A stretch of DNA of 16,004 nucleotides from Planctomycetota bacterium. GTDB lineage: Bacteria > Planctomycetota > UBA11346. Within the stretch, counting starts at the first letter, position 1. Every line of letters begins with the position of its first letter. The notes under the pieces are model-generated. The model saw nothing but the letters and a program-made list of their open reading frames with translations. It was not told where the DNA came from and ran no database searches. The DNA lies in the NCBI GenBank assembly GCA_013816645.1, contig JACDEC010000017.1:1-16004 (forward strand), in the 5' to 3' direction. Both the position numbers and the translations under genes were made by a program. Positions 13,962 through 16,004 of the stretch are shown in pieces.

Positions 13962-15968
13962 ATGACCCCGCTCATCATCACCGCCGCCATCGGCGCTTTC
14001 CTGCTGATTCTGGTCATCGCCTTGAACGCGTTCTACCGCACGGTCGAGCAGGGCCACGCCCTGATCATCAACAAGCTCGGCCACCTCGAACCGACCGTGA
14101 CCTTCACCGGCGCCATGGTCATGCCGGTGATCCACCGCGCGGAGGTCATGGACATCTCGGTCAAGACCATCGAGGTCGACCGCAACGGCGCCAACGGGCT
14201 GATCTGCAAGGACAACATCCGCGCCGACATCAAGGTCACCTTCTTCGTGCGCGTCAACAAGACGCGCGAGGACGTGGTCAAGGTCGCCGGATCAGTCGGC
14301 GTGGCGCGGGCCAGCGACACCGAGACCCTGGCCGAACTGTTCGAAGCCAAGTTTTCCGAAGCGCTCAAGACTGTGGGCAAGCGCATGGAGTTCATCGACC
14401 TCTACAACCAGCGCGACACCTTCAAGGACGAGATCGTCAAGGTCATCGGCCGCGACCTCAGCGGCTACAACCTCGAGGACGCGGCGATCGACTACCTCGA
14501 GCAGACCCCGCTCAAGATGCTCGATCCCGACAACATCCTCGATAGCGAGGGCCGCAAGAAGATCATCGACCTGACCAGCACCCAGCGGGTCATGGCCAAC
14601 GAGATCCAGCGCGAGGCCGAGAAGACCATCAAGAAGCAGGACGTCGAAGCCAAGGAGGCGATGCTCTCGCTGGAGCGCCAGCAGGCCGAGGCCGAGGCGC
14701 GCCAGGGTCGCGAGATCGCCACCACCCGCGCCCGCGAGACCGCCGAGCAGCACAAGGTCGAGGCCGAACAGCGCCAGCTGTCGGAGGGCGCGCGCATCGC
14801 CTCCGAGCAGGAGATCGGCATCGCCCGCGAGAACGCCCAGCGCGAGGTCCAGGTCGCTGAGAAGAACCGCGAGGGCGCGGTCGCCGTCGAGTACGAGCGC
14901 GTCGAGAAGGCCCGCCAGCTCGAAGCGATCAACCGCGAGCGCGCGGTCGAGATCAGCGGCATCGAGAAGGAGAAGATCATCGCCATCGAGCGCAAGAACA
15001 TCGCCGAGGTGATCCGCGAGCGCGTCTCGGTCGAGAAGGCCGTGGCCGAGGAAGAGGAGCTGACCAAGAACCTGCGCGCCTTCATGGAGGCCGACCGCCA
15101 CAAGAAGGTCACGGTGGCCCACGCCGAGGCCGCGGCCGAGCAGGTGCGCATCAAGGAGGTCACCGCCGCGATCGGGTCCGAGCAGGCCGCCGGCCACCTC
15201 GCCAAGGAACGCATGATCACCGCCGATGCCGACCTCAACGCCGCCGAGAAGGACGCGCTGGCGCGCACCCGCCGGGCCGAGGGCATGCAGGCCGAGACCG
15301 CGGCGCCGGGCCTGGCCCACGCGCGGGTGATGGAGGCCGAGGCCGAGGCCCGCCGCAAGCAGGGCCTGGCCGAAGTCCACGTGCAGGAGGCGTCGGCCAA
15401 GGCGATCGAGCTGGTCGGCCAGGCCGAAGCCGGTGCGACCGAGGTCAAGATGCTCGCCGAGGCCAAGGGCCTGGCCGAGAAGGCGGTGTCGATGTCCAAG
15501 CTCACCGCCGAGACCAAGGCGCACGAGGAGTTCCGCCTGCGCCTCGAGAAGGAGTTCGAGCTGGCGCGCGAGCGCATCGCCGGCCAGGTCAAGGTCTCGG
15601 AGCAGAACGCCGTGGTGCTCGGCCAGGCGCTGTCCAAGGCGAAGTTCGACATCGTCGGCGGCGACGGCGAGTTCTTCGAGCGCTTCGTCAAGGCGGTGTC
15701 GGTCGGCAAGGGCCTCGACGCCACCGTGCAGCACAGCGAAACGCTCAAGATCCTGGGCAAGGACTACCTGAGCGGCGAGCAGAGCCTGCCCGGAGACGTG
15801 AAGGACGTGCTGCTCAACACCAGCATGGGCAGCGGCGACGTGAAGAACCTCACGGTCAGCGCGATGCTCTCGCGGATGATGGCCGGCAAGGATCCGGTCA
15901 AGGTCGACGCGCTGCTCGCCAAGGCGCGCGAGCTCGGGTTCGTCGACCATCCGAGCAAGGTCAACTGA
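13962..15968 (+). CDS. Flotillin-family SPFH/band-7 protein (YqiK-like) with an extended Glu/Ala-rich coiled-coil region
   Basis: 668 aa. GGAG sits 5 nt upstream of ATG 13962. N-terminal TM segment LIITAAIGAFLLILVIALNAF. The SPFH core reads QGHALIINKLGHLEP...MPVIHRAEVMDISVKTIEV...NIRADIKVTFFVRV. A long EA-repeat coiled coil (EAEARQGREIATTRARETAEQHKVEAEQRQ...) and a flotillin-type C-terminus follow. Confidence 0.9.
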   Translation: MTPLIITAAIGAFLLILVIALNAFYRTVEQGHALIINKLGHLEPTVTFTGAMVMPVIHRAEVMDISVKTIEVDRNGANGLICKDNIRADIKVTFFVRVNKTREDVVKVAGSVGVARASDTETLAELFEAKFSEALKTVGKRMEFIDLYNQRDTFKDEIVKVIGRDLSGYNLEDAAIDYLEQTPLKMLDPDNILDSEGRKKIIDLTSTQRVMANEIQREAEKTIKKQDVEAKEAMLSLERQQAEAEARQGREIATTRARETAEQHKVEAEQRQLSEGARIASEQEIGIARENAQREVQVAEKNREGAVAVEYERVEKARQLEAINRERAVEISGIEKEKIIAIERKNIAEVIRERVSVEKAVAEEEELTKNLRAFMEADRHKKVTVAHAEAAAEQVRIKEVTAAIGSEQAAGHLAKERMITADADLNAAEKDALARTRRAEGMQAETAAPGLAHARVMEAEAEARRKQGLAEVHVQEASAKAIELVGQAEAGATEVKMLAEAKGLAEKAVSMSKLTAETKAHEEFRLRLEKEFELARERIAGQVKVSEQNAVVLGQALSKAKFDIVGGDGEFFERFVKAVSVGKGLDATVQHSETLKILGKDYLSGEQSLPGDVKDVLLNTSMGSGDVKNLTVSAMLSRMMAGKDPVKVDALLAKARELGFVDHPSKVN

Positions 15969-16004
15969 GCCCCGCTGAACCACCGGACGCACGCTGATGA
16001 CCGA

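Noticed and set aside
14292-15992. 566-aa and 422-aa minus-strand ORFs antisense to the flotillin gene
   Set aside because: Produced by the GAG/GCC-rich EA-repeat coding region. The sense-strand product is a textbook SPFH/flotillin
1-16004. CRISPR arrays, tRNA/rRNA genes, IS/transposase or integrase genes, diversity-generating retroelement
   Set aside because: No short regularly spaced repeats, no tRNA-like T-loop/acceptor structures and no transposase-like ORFs. There is no reverse-transcriptase gene. The adhesin repeats differ at non-adenine positions, so they do not fit a DGR TR/VR pair

Overview
High-GC (~69%) window, probably a Xanthomonadaceae-like gammaproteobacterial chromosome. There are three parts. 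(1) Housekeeping genes at the left: a 5'-partial CLC-family anion channel/antiporter gene on the minus strand, divergent from a kbl-tdh threonine-catabolism operon. (2) A central block I read as one surface system. It holds an ECF sigma factor, which as sequenced is broken by a frameshift inside a (CG)7 tract. Its FecR-family anti-sigma factor is translationally coupled (GTGA overlap) and carries an extra periplasmic C-terminal beta-sandwich domain, possibly CIA30/CBM11-like. Next is a 913-aa secreted right-handed beta-helix protein with two cadherin-like VNDEP domains and a C-terminal Cys-Gly / TM / RRH sorting-signal-like tail. Then a long AT-rich leader, followed by a ~1340-aa adhesin. The adhesin has a signal peptide, autotransporter-type passenger (PATR) repeats, an IPT/TIG domain and about 8 MBG/YG-type repeats, three of them near-identical 243-bp tandem copies. 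It has no beta-barrel translocator and, as sequenced, a 1-bp frameshift near 10097. A small ATGA-overlapping poly-Gly lipoprotein gene follows. (3) At the right end, an NfeD/YqiJ-like membrane protein and a YqiK-like flotillin (SPFH) gene pair. No rRNA, tRNA, CRISPR or IS elements were seen. Most long minus-strand ORFs in the track are GC-driven antisense artefacts of the plus-strand genes.
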